The notes beneath the pieces are model-generated. The model had not been told where the DNA came from. It saw only the letters and a program-made list of their open reading frames with translations, and ran no database searches. The translations under genes were made by a program, and so were the position numbers. DNA of 64,000 nt from a virus (taxonomy: Duplodnaviria; Caudoviricetes), in the IMG/VR virus record IMGVR_UViG_2885360797_000005. One strand, given 5' to 3'. Below are positions 33,992 through 43,979 of the stretch, in pieces (positions within the stretch are counted from its first letter, which is position 1; every line of letters begins with the position of its first letter).

Positions 33992-35481
33992 AACCCTTTC
34001 CCTTTCGTGCGCTCATACACCGCCTCGCGGTCAGCGTCCACGTCCTTTATGCGAAACTGCACGGCACACCCGGTCGGGATTGTGTCGGGCAACTGCCCGG
34101 CAAGCCGGGCGATGACCTCATCAACGGTCCCGAAGCCGATGTCGCTGACCTCGGAAAGAACCTCTCCGCGAAAGTAGGCACGGGCATAGACCATCCGCTT
34201 GGGAGAAAGCCTGAACAACTTGTCGGCAGGCTCATCGACCCCTCGCGCCATTCCCTGCTTGCTCTTTGCCGTGGAGAAAAAGATAAAGTCAATCACTTTG
34301 GCATTCAACTCCCAGGCCGGAGTGAAATCAATCTTGATGTAGCCTCGCGTTATCGTATGCCCATGCGAATGATTCATACCAAACGCCACCTCCGCAATGC
34401 TCGCGCCACAGTCGTTCTGCGCCACAGTACCCCAAGTGTGACGGAACGTGTATGCGCTGTACCAACGCTCCTTCGGTATCCCCATGCTCTTGCAGAGCTG
34501 CTTTATGCCATTGTTCACATTCGCGTTGAACGAGTCCGAGGACGTGAACCGCTTGTGAAAGTTCAGCAAGTAGGGGTCGTCAGCCTCGGCCAGATATTTC
34601 TCAACTAAAGGCTGAATGATAGGCTCGACACGAATCTCAAAGTAAGCGTCATCGGCGCGGAACTTCTTCGTCTTGGCTCTCTTGTAGCAGATACAGCCGT
34701 TTCGGTAATCCTCCTTGCGCAGCTCGTAGATGTCGACCGTGTTCATGCCTGCGAGACACAGCACCATCTTCGCCACATCGCGCCCCAGTTCGGGCAACGG
34801 ATCGACCATGCGTGTATCCGGGAGAGGTGCGGTAAAGAACAGCCTGCAATCCTCCGGGCTAATAGCTTTCTTGACCGTGCGGTCACTCTGTGGAATCTTT
34901 ACCTTTCCCCACGGATTGACCTTTATGCGCAGATTGCCGTTGTCATAGTCATTGTACTCCTCAACCGCAGCCTTGAACACCTGCCTCATACACACCGGGT
35001 ACATCTCCTTTGCCCTGTGCGTATGCTCCAGCGACTGAATCCACCTCGTTATCTGCGTTGAGGTAAGTTGCGCGAACATGATTTTGTTCGTGCCATAGAA
35101 CCGCTCCATGTGTCCGAGAGCCTGCCGATAGTTCTGCGCCGTGCGCAACTGGTACCGGTCCACCATGCGGTCGATATGGTGGCGTGCGTAGTCGCTGAAG
35201 CAGATGTCAGCGTCACCTTGTGTCACATACTCGATAATCTGACGTACTGTCCACTTTGCGCAATCCTTGCGGTTGAGTTTGTCAGTATAGAGCAATATCA
35301 TTCTCGCACAATACTCGTTCACGAAAGGGTCATTGATATTGCCGTGCTTGTCCACCATCTGCTTGGTGACAATCTTGTCGGTCTTGATATATCCCGGCTT
35401 GGTGTTCTGTGTCACCCGAATATAGACCTGATAGAACCCGTCCTTGCGCGGAGTTCTTACAACTGCTTTGAATGTTGCCAT
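33988..35481 (-). CDS. int: Prophage tyrosine integrase with C-terminal extension
   Basis: Arm-binding N-terminus, SAM-like region, AGMNTVD / RAKT / YTFRH / MNH / Y motifs of Bacteroidetes integrases. Confidence 0.9.
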   Translation of the reverse strand: MATFKAVVRTPRKDGFYQVYIRVTQNTKPGYIKTDKIVTKQMVDKHGNINDPFVNEYCARMILLYTDKLNRKDCAKWTVRQIIEYVTQGDADICFSDYARHHIDRMVDRYQLRTAQNYRQALGHMERFYGTNKIMFAQLTSTQITRWIQSLEHTHRAKEMYPVCMRQVFKAAVEEYNDYDNGNLRIKVNPWGKVKIPQSDRTVKKAISPEDCRLFFTAPLPDTRMVDPLPELGRDVAKMVLCLAGMNTVDIYELRKEDYRNGCICYKRAKTKKFRADDAYFEIRVEPIIQPLVEKYLAEADDPYLLNFHKRFTSSDSFNANVNNGIKQLCKSMGIPKERWYSAYTFRHTWGTVAQNDCGASIAEVAFGMNHSHGHTITRGYIKIDFTPAWELNAKVIDFIFFSTAKSKQGMARGVDEPADKLFRLSPKRMVYARAYFRGEVLSEVSDIGFGTVDEVIARLAGQLPDTIPTGCAVQFRIKDVDADREAVYERTKGKGF

Positions 35482-35607
35482 TTACGTTTGTAATTATGTT
35501 TGTAAATTCTTGTAAGTGCCTTGCTCGAATGATATAGCCGATTTTGTAAGTTTTGCCGACACATTCTGCATGATTATCGTGCAGAATGTACGAATCTCCC
35601 AAGCGCA

Positions 35608-35652
35608 ACTTAGGCGGTAAGCTCCTTTTTATCGGAGCGTTACCGCCTAAGT
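35608..35652. terminator. Hairpin following the duplicated gene end
   Basis: ACTTAGGCGGTAA-GCTCC...GGAGC-G-TTACCGCCTAAGT inverted repeat. Confidence 0.65.
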
Positions 35653-35674
35653 ATCGGATTACGTTAAGTTACGC

Positions 35675-35698
35675 TTACTCTTCGATGGCAGCCTGCGC
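35675..35698 (-). other. att junction: stranded 3' end of a host gene, probably pyruvate phosphate dikinase
   Basis: GCGCAGGCTGCCATCGAAGAGTAA = AQAAIEE*, matching the PPDK C-terminus (..RLAAAQAA..); no upstream ORF; TGTAAG/TGTAAA arm-like repeats on both sides. Confidence 0.6.
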
Positions 35699-36003
35699 CC
35701 TTTCGATATAAACTTAACAATCAAACACTTGACTTTTTGGTGTAAGCCTACAGTAAGCGAATATTTGTTTAATGTTTATCTAATTGAAGAACTTAATCTT
35801 CGAGGGCGGCTTGGGCCGCAGTAATATGGTACTAATATACAGAAACTTACATCTTATATGTAAGCGTTTTGTAAACACCACATAACAACAAAATCCCTTT
35901 GCATCTAAGAATGAAATGACGAGTTTAGTGCTAAAAAGACCCTGCTTTTTCGTCATTAAAGCGACTCATTCATCATTCAATGGCAACATTAATTTCTAAT
36001 TCT

Positions 36004-36465
36004 TTATCTCCTTTCTTTTAATAGTTCAATGATAGCGTCCTTATCCTTTAAGTTGGAGTCAAGACGATTTATTTGTGCATTAAGACTATCAATCTGCTCC
36101 TTCAAGAGCTTGATGGTCTCTTTTAGATTTTCTGTATTTGATTGTTCTTTCTCCAGTTGAACTGCAAGTTCTGCATTACCTATTATATTATGGGCGTTTC
36201 CCTGTAATGAGACTGCCCCCCAATTAGCGGAAATCGGTTGCGGAATAGGACAGAACAAAGAGAAGAAATTACAATCCAAAGCCTCACTCACCTTGACGAG
36301 ACGGTTTGTTTCCATGGTCTCCCTCTCCAAGATGCGATTTACGTGCTGTTGTGGTACGCCAATCCTGCGCCCCAACTCGGATTTGGACAACCCAAGTTCG
36401 ACACGCCGTTTCTCGATTTCTGCACCCACATGCACGTGCTTGATGCTTATTTCCATAGGTTTCAA
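36004..36465 (-). CDS. XRE-family HTH repressor with C-terminal coiled coil
   Basis: LSKSELGRRIGVPQQHVNRI HTH; minus-strand TAACTTTG upstream. Confidence 0.85.
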   Translation of the reverse strand: MKPMEISIKHVHVGAEIEKRRVELGLSKSELGRRIGVPQQHVNRILERETMETNRLVKVSEALDCNFFSLFCPIPQPISANWGAVSLQGNAHNIIGNAELAVQLEKEQSNTENLKETIKLLKEQIDSLNAQINRLDSNLKDKDAIIELLKERR

Positions 36466-36601
36466 TCATTAAATAGAGATTAAACCAAAAAATATCAAAT
36501 ATTTATTTGGCTACCTAAACATTATTGTGTTACTTTGCAAGCGTTATACACTTGATTAGTATATGCAAAGTTAAACATTAAACATTAAACAACCAAGTAT
36601 T

Positions 36602-36793
36602 ATGGCAGAAATTATTGTAAAAATCCGTCCCGCCCTCACTGCGCTCAAAATTGGAGAGTCCATCACTTTCCCTATTTCCAAGTTGAAAAGTGTCCGCACC
36701 CAAGCCTCTGAACTGGGAGCCATTTACAACCGGCAGTACAAGACTCAGACCAACAGGGAGAATATGACTATCACCGTGAAGCGTATTGACTAG
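36602..36793 (+). CDS. Small DNA-binding protein
   Basis: 63 aa, basic, first gene divergent from the repressor. Confidence 0.7.
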   Translation: MAEIIVKIRPALTALKIGESITFPISKLKSVRTQASELGAIYNRQYKTQTNRENMTITVKRID

Positions 36794-36806
36794 CCGGTTT
36801 AATTAT

Positions 36807-37121
36807 ATGGATATTAAAATACTCCAAGTCTTAGACCGTTTGATTCCATACGACACCTTTCTGAATGACCTCGCGGCCAGAATTGTCAAGATGATGAAGG
36901 CTGACAACAACGACCCTGAATTTGTTAGCCAAAGAAAGGCATACGAGCTGTTTGGACGACGCAATGTAGAAAGATGGAAACGGCAAGGAAAAATAGAATC
37001 CTATAAAAGACCGGGAAAGGTGGAATACAGGACTTCCGACCTCCGCCTTTTGCAGCGTACCACCCAGGATTACTTCAAGACTCCTCCTTTAAAGAACAAC
37101 AGGAAGAACCCCGAAAAGTAA
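36807..37121 (+). CDS. HTH / excisionase-like protein
   Basis: VSQRKAYELFGRRNVERW..G.I winged-HTH pattern. Confidence 0.7.
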   Translation: MDIKILQVLDRLIPYDTFLNDLAARIVKMMKADNNDPEFVSQRKAYELFGRRNVERWKRQGKIESYKRPGKVEYRTSDLRLLQRTTQDYFKTPPLKNNRKNPEK

Positions 37122-37212
37122 ACACTATTATGGCTATATATAAGAAAAGCCCATATAATAATATCCATATTTGATATGGAACAATACAAATAAACTGATT
37201 GGTAAGCATATT

Positions 37213-37416
37213 ATGAAAGAAGTAATGCCAACTTGCAATCCTAACGGTGTTTATTCGGTAAAACGAACTTGTGCCGAACTGGGCATAAGCCATAAGACCC
37301 TTCATAAATATAGGAACAATGGTTATATCAAGCCATTGAATCCCCAAAACATTTACCGTCCCAAATACTCCGGCCAATCCATCATAGATTGCTGGAACCT
37401 CATGAAAACAATATGA
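37213..37416 (+). CDS. MerR/HTH_17-like excisionase protein
   Basis: YSVKRTCAELGISHKTLHKY; ATGA overlap with the primase. Confidence 0.75.
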   Translation: MKEVMPTCNPNGVYSVKRTCAELGISHKTLHKYRNNGYIKPLNPQNIYRPKYSGQSIIDCWNLMKTI

Positions 37417-40400
37417 TTAGCGACTCCACCATCAACCAGGTCAGGAATCTTACCATTGAGGATGTCCTTCGTCCATACGTCAAACTTTCAAGGAAAGGTT
37501 CGACATTGATGGGACTTTGCCCTTTTCATCAGGAAAAGACAGGCTCGTTTGCGGTTACGCCAGCCAAAAATCTATTCCATTGTTTCAGTTGCAACCGTGG
37601 TGGGGATGCCATCACTTTCATCATGGAGAAGGAGAACCTCTCCTTCATGGAAGCCGTGGAGTTCATCGCCAGGCACAATAACATTGCCATTGAATATGTC
37701 CGGGAAGAAAAGAATGAGGAGCAGATAGCCGAGGCCAGACACAGGGAATCCCTCCTTGTTATTCTCGACCACCTGCAAAACTATTTCACAGAAAACCTGA
37801 GAATGGCAGACAATGCGGAGTGCAGGATGGCACGTGACTATGCCTATGGAAGATGGCCGGAGGAGTTTTGTTCTGTAAGCGGTATCGGATATGCTCCAAA
37901 GAATGGCAGCGACTTTATAGAGTATTGCCGTAAGCTTTCGCTTAACGAGGAACTGTTATTCGAGTTGGGTATGCTCAAAAGGGCGGAAGATGGTAGCACA
38001 TACGCCATGTTTCGCCAACGAGTCATGATACCCATCCGCAATCGTTGGGGACGAATAATCGCTTACACCGCAAGATACATAGGAACTAATCCCCAAGCCC
38101 CCAAGTATATCAATTCATCCACAAGCATTGTTTATTCAAAAGGAGAGACCATCTTCGGCATAGACAGAGCCAGCCGCCAAAGGAACGCCGACTATTATAT
38201 AATAGTAGAAGGTGCACCGGACGTATTGAGAATGCAATCCGTTGGATTCGAGAACACCGTGGCGGCATTGGGCACCGTATGGACGGAAAGCCAGTTTGAG
38301 CAACTAAAGAAGTACACCAACTCCCTCTGCTTCATTCCGGATTCGGATATAACCGAGGGAAAAGCGTTTGGCCCGGGTTTTGAGGCCGTGATGGAGAATG
38401 GATCTGCTGCCCTCAAGAAGGGATTTCATGTGACGGTCAGGGAACTTCCATTTGCGACAGCACCCATAGAAGATGACGAAGGACTATCTGAACCGGATTC
38501 TGGTTACGAAACAGACTTAAAAGCGACAAAAGTCATCAAGAATGATGCGGACAGTTTCATTCGCTGCAAAGAAGATTACATCTCACTTGTAGAAAAACAT
38601 TTCATCACTTGGCTGGCTCAAAAACGATTCTATATCGCCTCTTCATTAGTTGAAGAACGTAAATGCGTTTCAGAGATAGCCGACCTCTTGCGCTATATCA
38701 AAGACCAGTTGGTATTTGACCAGTGCATCGAACAACTGGCCAAAATCCACGGCAAGGCAAAACTATGGAGGGATGCCGTAACACAGGCACGTGGCGAGGC
38801 AAGAAAAAGGAATGACCGTATCTCCTCCATGAACGACATGCAGCGTGAAGCGGAATTATTGCGCCAGTTCGGACTCTATATCCGTGAGAACTGCTATTAT
38901 TCCGTTGGTAATGAAGATGAAGACCCGTCCAGAATATCTAACTTCATCATGGAGCCATTATTCCACATTGAGGACGAGAACAACGGCACACGTATCTTCA
39001 GAATGCGTAATACTTATAATATCTGCAGAGTCATCGAACTCCGGGAATCTGAAATGTGCTCATTGAGCAACTTCCAGCAGAAGGTCGGCTCACTGGGCAA
39101 CTATGTATGGCTTGCCAAGATTGATAAGCTCAACCGGGTCAAGGAATACCTGTATTCCAAAACAGACACAGCCGAGCGCATCCGCAAGCTGGGCTGGAAC
39201 GGCAATGAGAATTTCTTTGCCTTCGGCAATGGGATTCTGACCGATGGAGTTTTTAAGGAAGTAAATGAATTGGGTATCGTAAAAAGCCCAAACGGAAAAG
39301 CATTTTATATTCCGGCCACCTCAAAAATATACATCCACAATCAGGAAATCTTCCAGTTCGATCGGTTGATGATACACGAGAACAGAAACGGAGTGAAGCT
39401 ACACGGCTTTGCATCCAAACTGATGGACGTGTTCGGTGAGAACGCTTCCATAGCCTTGTGCTACCTCTTCTCCACTCTTTTCCGTGACATCATTTTCAGA
39501 CGTACCCGGCATTTCCCGATACTCAACCTGTTCGGAGAGAAAGGAACGGGCAAGACCACCTTAGCCACTTCCCTCCAGTCCTTCTTCCTGCACGGAGTAG
39601 ATCCGCCAAACCTCGGTGTGACCTCCGTGCCGGCAATGAACGACCGGGTATCACAAGCCGTAAATACGCTTGTGGTACTTGACGAGTATAAGAACGACCT
39701 CGACATACGAAAGATAGCCTACCTCAAAGGACTATGGGGAGGTGGTGGCCAGACCAAGAAGAACACCAGTACGGACGGGATGGCTACCCAAACCATCGTG
39801 ACCACAGGCGTGGCACTTTGCGGGCAGGATAAGCCCACGCAAGATATGGCACTCTATACCCGTGTCATATTCCTGGCTTTCTCAAAGACCTCCTTCAATC
39901 AGACAGAGAAGAAACACTATGAGGATTTGGTATCACTCTGCAATTTAGGCCTAACACATCTGACAGTAGAGATACTGAATCACAGAGAACTCTTTGAGAA
40001 AAACTTTCCTGAAACATACGCCATCACCAAACGGGAACTGGCTACGAAGTTGGAGAACGAAACCATCCACGACCGCATCTTTGGGAACTGGGTCATACCA
40101 TTGGCCACGTTCCGCACGTTGGAAACGGTAGTAGATGTACCATTCAGTTATACCGAACTCTTTGAGACCGCCATCAAGGGAATACGCAATCAGAACGAGT
40201 TAGCCCAGGAAAGTTCAGAGATAGCCGACTTCTGGAATATACTCCAAGGCTTCCAGACATCAGGGAAATGTATTGACCGGGCGCATTACCGCATCCGCTA
40301 TATGAAGTCATTCCGTCCCATATCAGCCAAAGAGGACATCGAGTTTCAAGAAGCCCGACCTATCCTTTATCTGAATATGGCAGCCATATCTTCACTGTTC

Positions 40401-40721
40401 AACAGCCGGAACATGAATGCGACCGCCAACCGTTCCAACTGGTCCACCATCATGTCGTACTTGAAATCCCATTCTTCATACTTGGGATTGAAGCAAGACC
40501 GCTTTACTATCCTGCTGCCAACTGGCTTACCGGATTTTACCATTGAAGTGATAGGCAACAACCAAACTGTTAAGAAGGTCAAGGTCAATCGTCCAAAGGC
40601 GTTATGCTTTGATTATCTGCAACTGAAAGAGATGTTCGGATTGGATTTGGAAACAGAAATGGTAACGGATGATGTGGATTTTCAAGAGGAGAATACTGCA
40701 ACTCATAATAATCCCACTTAA
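37413..40721 (+). CDS. DnaG-type primase fused to a P-loop helicase
   Basis: CHC2 finger (CPFH...CFSC), PKYINS, TOPRIM (VEGAPD, PDSD), Walker A GEKGTGKT, Walker B VLDE. Confidence 0.9.
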   Translation: MISDSTINQVRNLTIEDVLRPYVKLSRKGSTLMGLCPFHQEKTGSFAVTPAKNLFHCFSCNRGGDAITFIMEKENLSFMEAVEFIARHNNIAIEYVREEKNEEQIAEARHRESLLVILDHLQNYFTENLRMADNAECRMARDYAYGRWPEEFCSVSGIGYAPKNGSDFIEYCRKLSLNEELLFELGMLKRAEDGSTYAMFRQRVMIPIRNRWGRIIAYTARYIGTNPQAPKYINSSTSIVYSKGETIFGIDRASRQRNADYYIIVEGAPDVLRMQSVGFENTVAALGTVWTESQFEQLKKYTNSLCFIPDSDITEGKAFGPGFEAVMENGSAALKKGFHVTVRELPFATAPIEDDEGLSEPDSGYETDLKATKVIKNDADSFIRCKEDYISLVEKHFITWLAQKRFYIASSLVEERKCVSEIADLLRYIKDQLVFDQCIEQLAKIHGKAKLWRDAVTQARGEARKRNDRISSMNDMQREAELLRQFGLYIRENCYYSVGNEDEDPSRISNFIMEPLFHIEDENNGTRIFRMRNTYNICRVIELRESEMCSLSNFQQKVGSLGNYVWLAKIDKLNRVKEYLYSKTDTAERIRKLGWNGNENFFAFGNGILTDGVFKEVNELGIVKSPNGKAFYIPATSKIYIHNQEIFQFDRLMIHENRNGVKLHGFASKLMDVFGENASIALCYLFSTLFRDIIFRRTRHFPILNLFGEKGTGKTTLATSLQSFFLHGVDPPNLGVTSVPAMNDRVSQAVNTLVVLDEYKNDLDIRKIAYLKGLWGGGGQTKKNTSTDGMATQTIVTTGVALCGQDKPTQDMALYTRVIFLAFSKTSFNQTEKKHYEDLVSLCNLGLTHLTVEILNHRELFEKNFPETYAITKRELATKLENETIHDRIFGNWVIPLATFRTLETVVDVPFSYTELFETAIKGIRNQNELAQESSEIADFWNILQGFQTSGKCIDRAHYRIRYMKSFRPISAKEDIEFQEARPILYLNMAAISSLFNSRNMNATANRSNWSTIMSYLKSHSSYLGLKQDRFTILLPTGLPDFTIEVIGNNQTVKKVKVNRPKALCFDYLQLKEMFGLDLETEMVTDDVDFQEENTATHNNPT

Positions 40722-40867
40722 AAATGCCAATTCTAAGCAAAAACGCCAAACCAATAGCCACTAAACATCATATTAGCTTTGCAAATACGCATTTCTTATG
40801 TAAATATCACAATCTAATAGATGAAATACCGTTTATTTTATGTAACTTTGCCTCAAAAGTAAATGAC

Positions 40868-42076
40868 ATGATAGCTGAAATTAAGTTTAAGAACATGTAC
40901 TCATTCAAGAATGAGACTATTCTAAGTTTTGAGGCCGACAAGAGTGAAGATATGGCATCCTACCACGTAGTTGAGCTAGCTCCTGACGTGAGGCTGCTCA
41001 AAGTAGCTATTGTATATGGAGCCAATGCTTCGGGCAAAAGCAATATTGTGAAGGTGTGCGATTTCATCAAATCGTTCATCACACACACACCGCTCAACAA
41101 AGCAGAGCAAGTAGGTGTAGTGCCTTTTTTGTTGAATAAGACAACTCCGTCCCAATTATCGGAGTTCTCTATCTCATTCTACATTGTCCAAGACGACAAA
41201 GCTGTACACTATGTTTACAGCGCATCGCTGGATAGAGCCCATGTAGCCAATGAATCCTTGATATTTTATCCAAGCCAGCAACCGGCTACAATTTTTGAGC
41301 GTACCACAGAAAACAATGTGTCCGCTATCAAATTTGGTCAGAAATTAAAGGTAAGCAACGCTGTTAAAGAAGAAATCACCCTAAAATGTCTGCCCAATAT
41401 GTCTGTGTTCTCAGCATATATGCAGGTAAACACGAGCATCAAGGAGATTGAAACGGTGCTGAACTATCTGAATGAACGTATGATGTCAGCCGTTACTCCC
41501 ATGGTATCACTAAATGCTTTTGCAGAGAAGTCTATCAAGGAAGAGGTGGCTAAGGATTATATTTTACGTTATTTGCAAGAAGCAGATTTCAATATTTCCA
41601 ATATTTCCACCAAAGAGCAAGAGACAAAGAAAGGAATGATAAACTACACCCTGTTTCAGCACAAGGTTTCAGACCAGGCAGGAGAATCGAATTTTTACGA
41701 TTTCCCAGAAATGTTTGAGTCCGATGGCACATTGCGCACCTTTGGCATGGCAGCGCATATCCAGCATATTTTGAGACAGAATGCGTTTTTGGCTATTGAT
41801 GAAGTGGATAATTCGCTACACCCAAAATTGATAGAGTACATCATTGAGCGTTTCTTGAAAGAATCCCAACAAGCACAACTACTACTTACAACCCACTATG
41901 ATGGTTTGTTGGGCGAAGAAGACCTGCTTAGAAAGGACACCATCTGGTTCACAGAGAAAGGACCTGAAGGTGTTAGCGAGCTTTACCCTCTAACCGATTT
42001 CAAGGGTCTCAACAGAATCAGCTCGCTACAGAAAGCCTATAAGTTCGGGAAATTCGGTGCGGTTCCTAACCTCTAA
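40868..42076 (+). CDS. ABC/AAA_21-type ATPase (RloA-like); start revised to 40868
   Basis: YGANASGKS, ESDGT, IDEVDNSLHP, TTH, Y..GKFGAVP; TAACTTTG at 40843. Confidence 0.9.
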   Translation: MIAEIKFKNMYSFKNETILSFEADKSEDMASYHVVELAPDVRLLKVAIVYGANASGKSNIVKVCDFIKSFITHTPLNKAEQVGVVPFLLNKTTPSQLSEFSISFYIVQDDKAVHYVYSASLDRAHVANESLIFYPSQQPATIFERTTENNVSAIKFGQKLKVSNAVKEEITLKCLPNMSVFSAYMQVNTSIKEIETVLNYLNERMMSAVTPMVSLNAFAEKSIKEEVAKDYILRYLQEADFNISNISTKEQETKKGMINYTLFQHKVSDQAGESNFYDFPEMFESDGTLRTFGMAAHIQHILRQNAFLAIDEVDNSLHPKLIEYIIERFLKESQQAQLLLTTHYDGLLGEEDLLRKDTIWFTEKGPEGVSELYPLTDFKGLNRISSLQKAYKFGKFGAVPNL

Positions 42077-42087
42077 ACTAGAATAAT

Positions 42088-42660
42088 ATGAGAACAGCAA
42101 GAAAAAATGTTGCGACCAGACAGGTCATACATATTGTTGGTGAGGGACTGACCGAGTTATTCTATTTCAGCCACCTGAAGAAACTTCTAGGTTATCGGTA
42201 TGCTATATCTCCACGTCTGTTTGAGAACAACAGCATAGAGAAGATTGAGAAGAAGATAAAGGAACTTCTGAGTGAAGACGTCTTTGTCATCTGCGTATTT
42301 GATGCGGATGTAAGCCGTCGTTCCGATACCGAGAATCGAAAGATGGCAGCCTTGAAGAAGCGCTACGAAAAGAATCAGAATGTCATTCTTTGCGATAGCT
42401 TGCAATCTATAGAATACTGGTTCTTGCTTCATTACGAAGATACTTGCCGTCATTTCCAAGACTCTGCCGCCACAGAAAAGGCTCTAAAGAAATATGTTCC
42501 GTCATACGACAAATCCCGGAAGTATCTGGAAAAAGAGAAATGGGTGGCAGACATGATTTCAGATGACAAAATGAAGAATGCCTGTAATCTGGCAGAAAAA
42601 TACCAAGGCAGAGATTCGTATAGTGAAATATACAAGGCAATCCGAAAAATCGAAGAATAA
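42088..42660 (+). CDS. rloB: RloB-like TOPRIM-fold protein
   Basis: VGEGLTE..YF, VFDAD, IEYWFLLHY motifs; follows the ATPase. Confidence 0.85.
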   Translation: MRTARKNVATRQVIHIVGEGLTELFYFSHLKKLLGYRYAISPRLFENNSIEKIEKKIKELLSEDVFVICVFDADVSRRSDTENRKMAALKKRYEKNQNVILCDSLQSIEYWFLLHYEDTCRHFQDSAATEKALKKYVPSYDKSRKYLEKEKWVADMISDDKMKNACNLAEKYQGRDSYSEIYKAIRKIEE

Positions 42661-42672
42661 GACCAAATCGCC

Positions 42673-43389
42673 ATGGTACAGAAATTTTTGCAACAATACA
42701 AAGAAGCCTTCGGGGATGCAGCCCCACTTCCAATAGTTTTCGGCTATAGCCATGCGGCAGCCACGGAAGTACACAAAGTGCCACGCTGTATGATTGGTGC
42801 CATCCGTAAGGTTTGCAACGGAGAAGCTTTGACCTTGACCGCCGACAATGTACTTTGCGGTGGTGGAAGTCTATACACAAGATTTGCCCCCATGCAGGAG
42901 CGAATACCTATGTTCGTCTCTGAAACGGAGCGCTACAAACAGACCCCCGAACAAGTAAAAGAGTACATACGGAATCTGAATATAAGCCTTGTAAAGAAGC
43001 CATACCTCAATTTCATCAGAATGGATCAGCTTGCCACTCTTGATGAAATGGAAGGCATCTTGTTTTTCGCTACCCCGGATATGCTATCCGGTTTATGCTC
43101 ATGGGCATTTTATGACAACAATGCGTATGATGCCGTATGCACAAAGTTCGCATCAGGATGTTGCAGCATCGTGACCTTTGCCGTACAAGAGAATCAGAAA
43201 CAAGGGCGAAGCTGCTTCATCGGAATGCTTGACCCCTCTGCTCGTCCGTTAGTCCCTGCCAATGAACTGACGTTTGTAATCCCAATCAACCGTTTCCAAG
43301 AAATGTCGGAGACTATGGAACATTCCGCATTATTCCGCAAAGCATACTCCATCGTTAAGAAACGAATAAACGGAGAGATAGGGAAATAA
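42673..43389 (+). CDS. DUF169-family protein
   Basis: RC, LCGGG, ATPD.LSGL, SGC, D.SAR, NEL.F.IP motifs. Confidence 0.75.
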   Translation: MVQKFLQQYKEAFGDAAPLPIVFGYSHAAATEVHKVPRCMIGAIRKVCNGEALTLTADNVLCGGGSLYTRFAPMQERIPMFVSETERYKQTPEQVKEYIRNLNISLVKKPYLNFIRMDQLATLDEMEGILFFATPDMLSGLCSWAFYDNNAYDAVCTKFASGCCSIVTFAVQENQKQGRSCFIGMLDPSARPLVPANELTFVIPINRFQEMSETMEHSALFRKAYSIVKKRINGEIGK

Positions 43390-43416
43390 AAAAGCTCACC
43401 ATTTTATACCTATAAT

Positions 43417-43448
43417 AGAGGTCATCTTCCCGGATGGCCTTTATTTTT
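43417..43448 (+). terminator. Terminator of the ATPase-RloB-DUF169 operon
   Basis: GAGGTCATC-TTCCCG-GATGGCCTT followed by TATTTTT. Confidence 0.6.
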
Positions 43449-43550
43449 CACACCTTAATCTTGATAACAGATAACTCCATTTTCTTATCCTTATTCAGGG
43501 TTTACTATTGTTCTTCAAAAAATAATATGTACACATTTTAAAGGTGACGG

Positions 43551-43794
43551 CGTTGACAAGACCTAATCCTTTATGCTGCAACAATATCGTTTCAAGATGT
43601 TGCGTTGACAAACGTTGACAAAGGTAGCCACTTTTTGAAATCTCAAAAAAATTGGAGCCAACCGTTGACAAATCACGAACTTCTATATATTATTCTCTTT
43701 TTAGAAGAAAAAAGATAAAGTATTGTATTATAGAGCATTCTCACGCACCTCCTTCTTCATTTTTGGCGTTGGCTTCGTTGTCAACGCTGTCAAC
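43551..43794. repeat. Iteron array / putative replication origin
   Basis: CGTTGACAA at 43551, 43603, 43613, 43663; inverted copies at 43778 and 43788; AT-rich core 43681-43732. Confidence 0.75.
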
Positions 43795-43979
43795 CTCCAA
43801 ATATATGCCTTTCTTATTCTTGGGAAAATGCTATTCCACCAACAGATGTCCATCGCATAAGCCAAGTATTTGTAGCGAGTCCAACAAACTTCGATATAAT
43901 CCAATGAATTACAGATTGTTCCCATATTTAACATCTTGTGGCATTATCGTTATCCGCCTACCTTTACGGAAAAACAACT

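Larger units (their letters stand above)
1..35698. mobile_element. Prophage (podovirus-like, Bacteroidales); late genes plus integrase end, continues beyond the left edge
   Basis: Capsid, scaffold, terminase, portal and ejection-type genes; integrase at 33988-35481 next to an att-like junction; composition shifts at ~35.7 kb. Confidence 0.9.

Noticed and set aside
1-35698. Stop-codon reassignment or diversity-generating retroelement in the prophage
   Set aside because: Genes are intact in the standard code; no reverse transcriptase or TR/VR pair seen in this window
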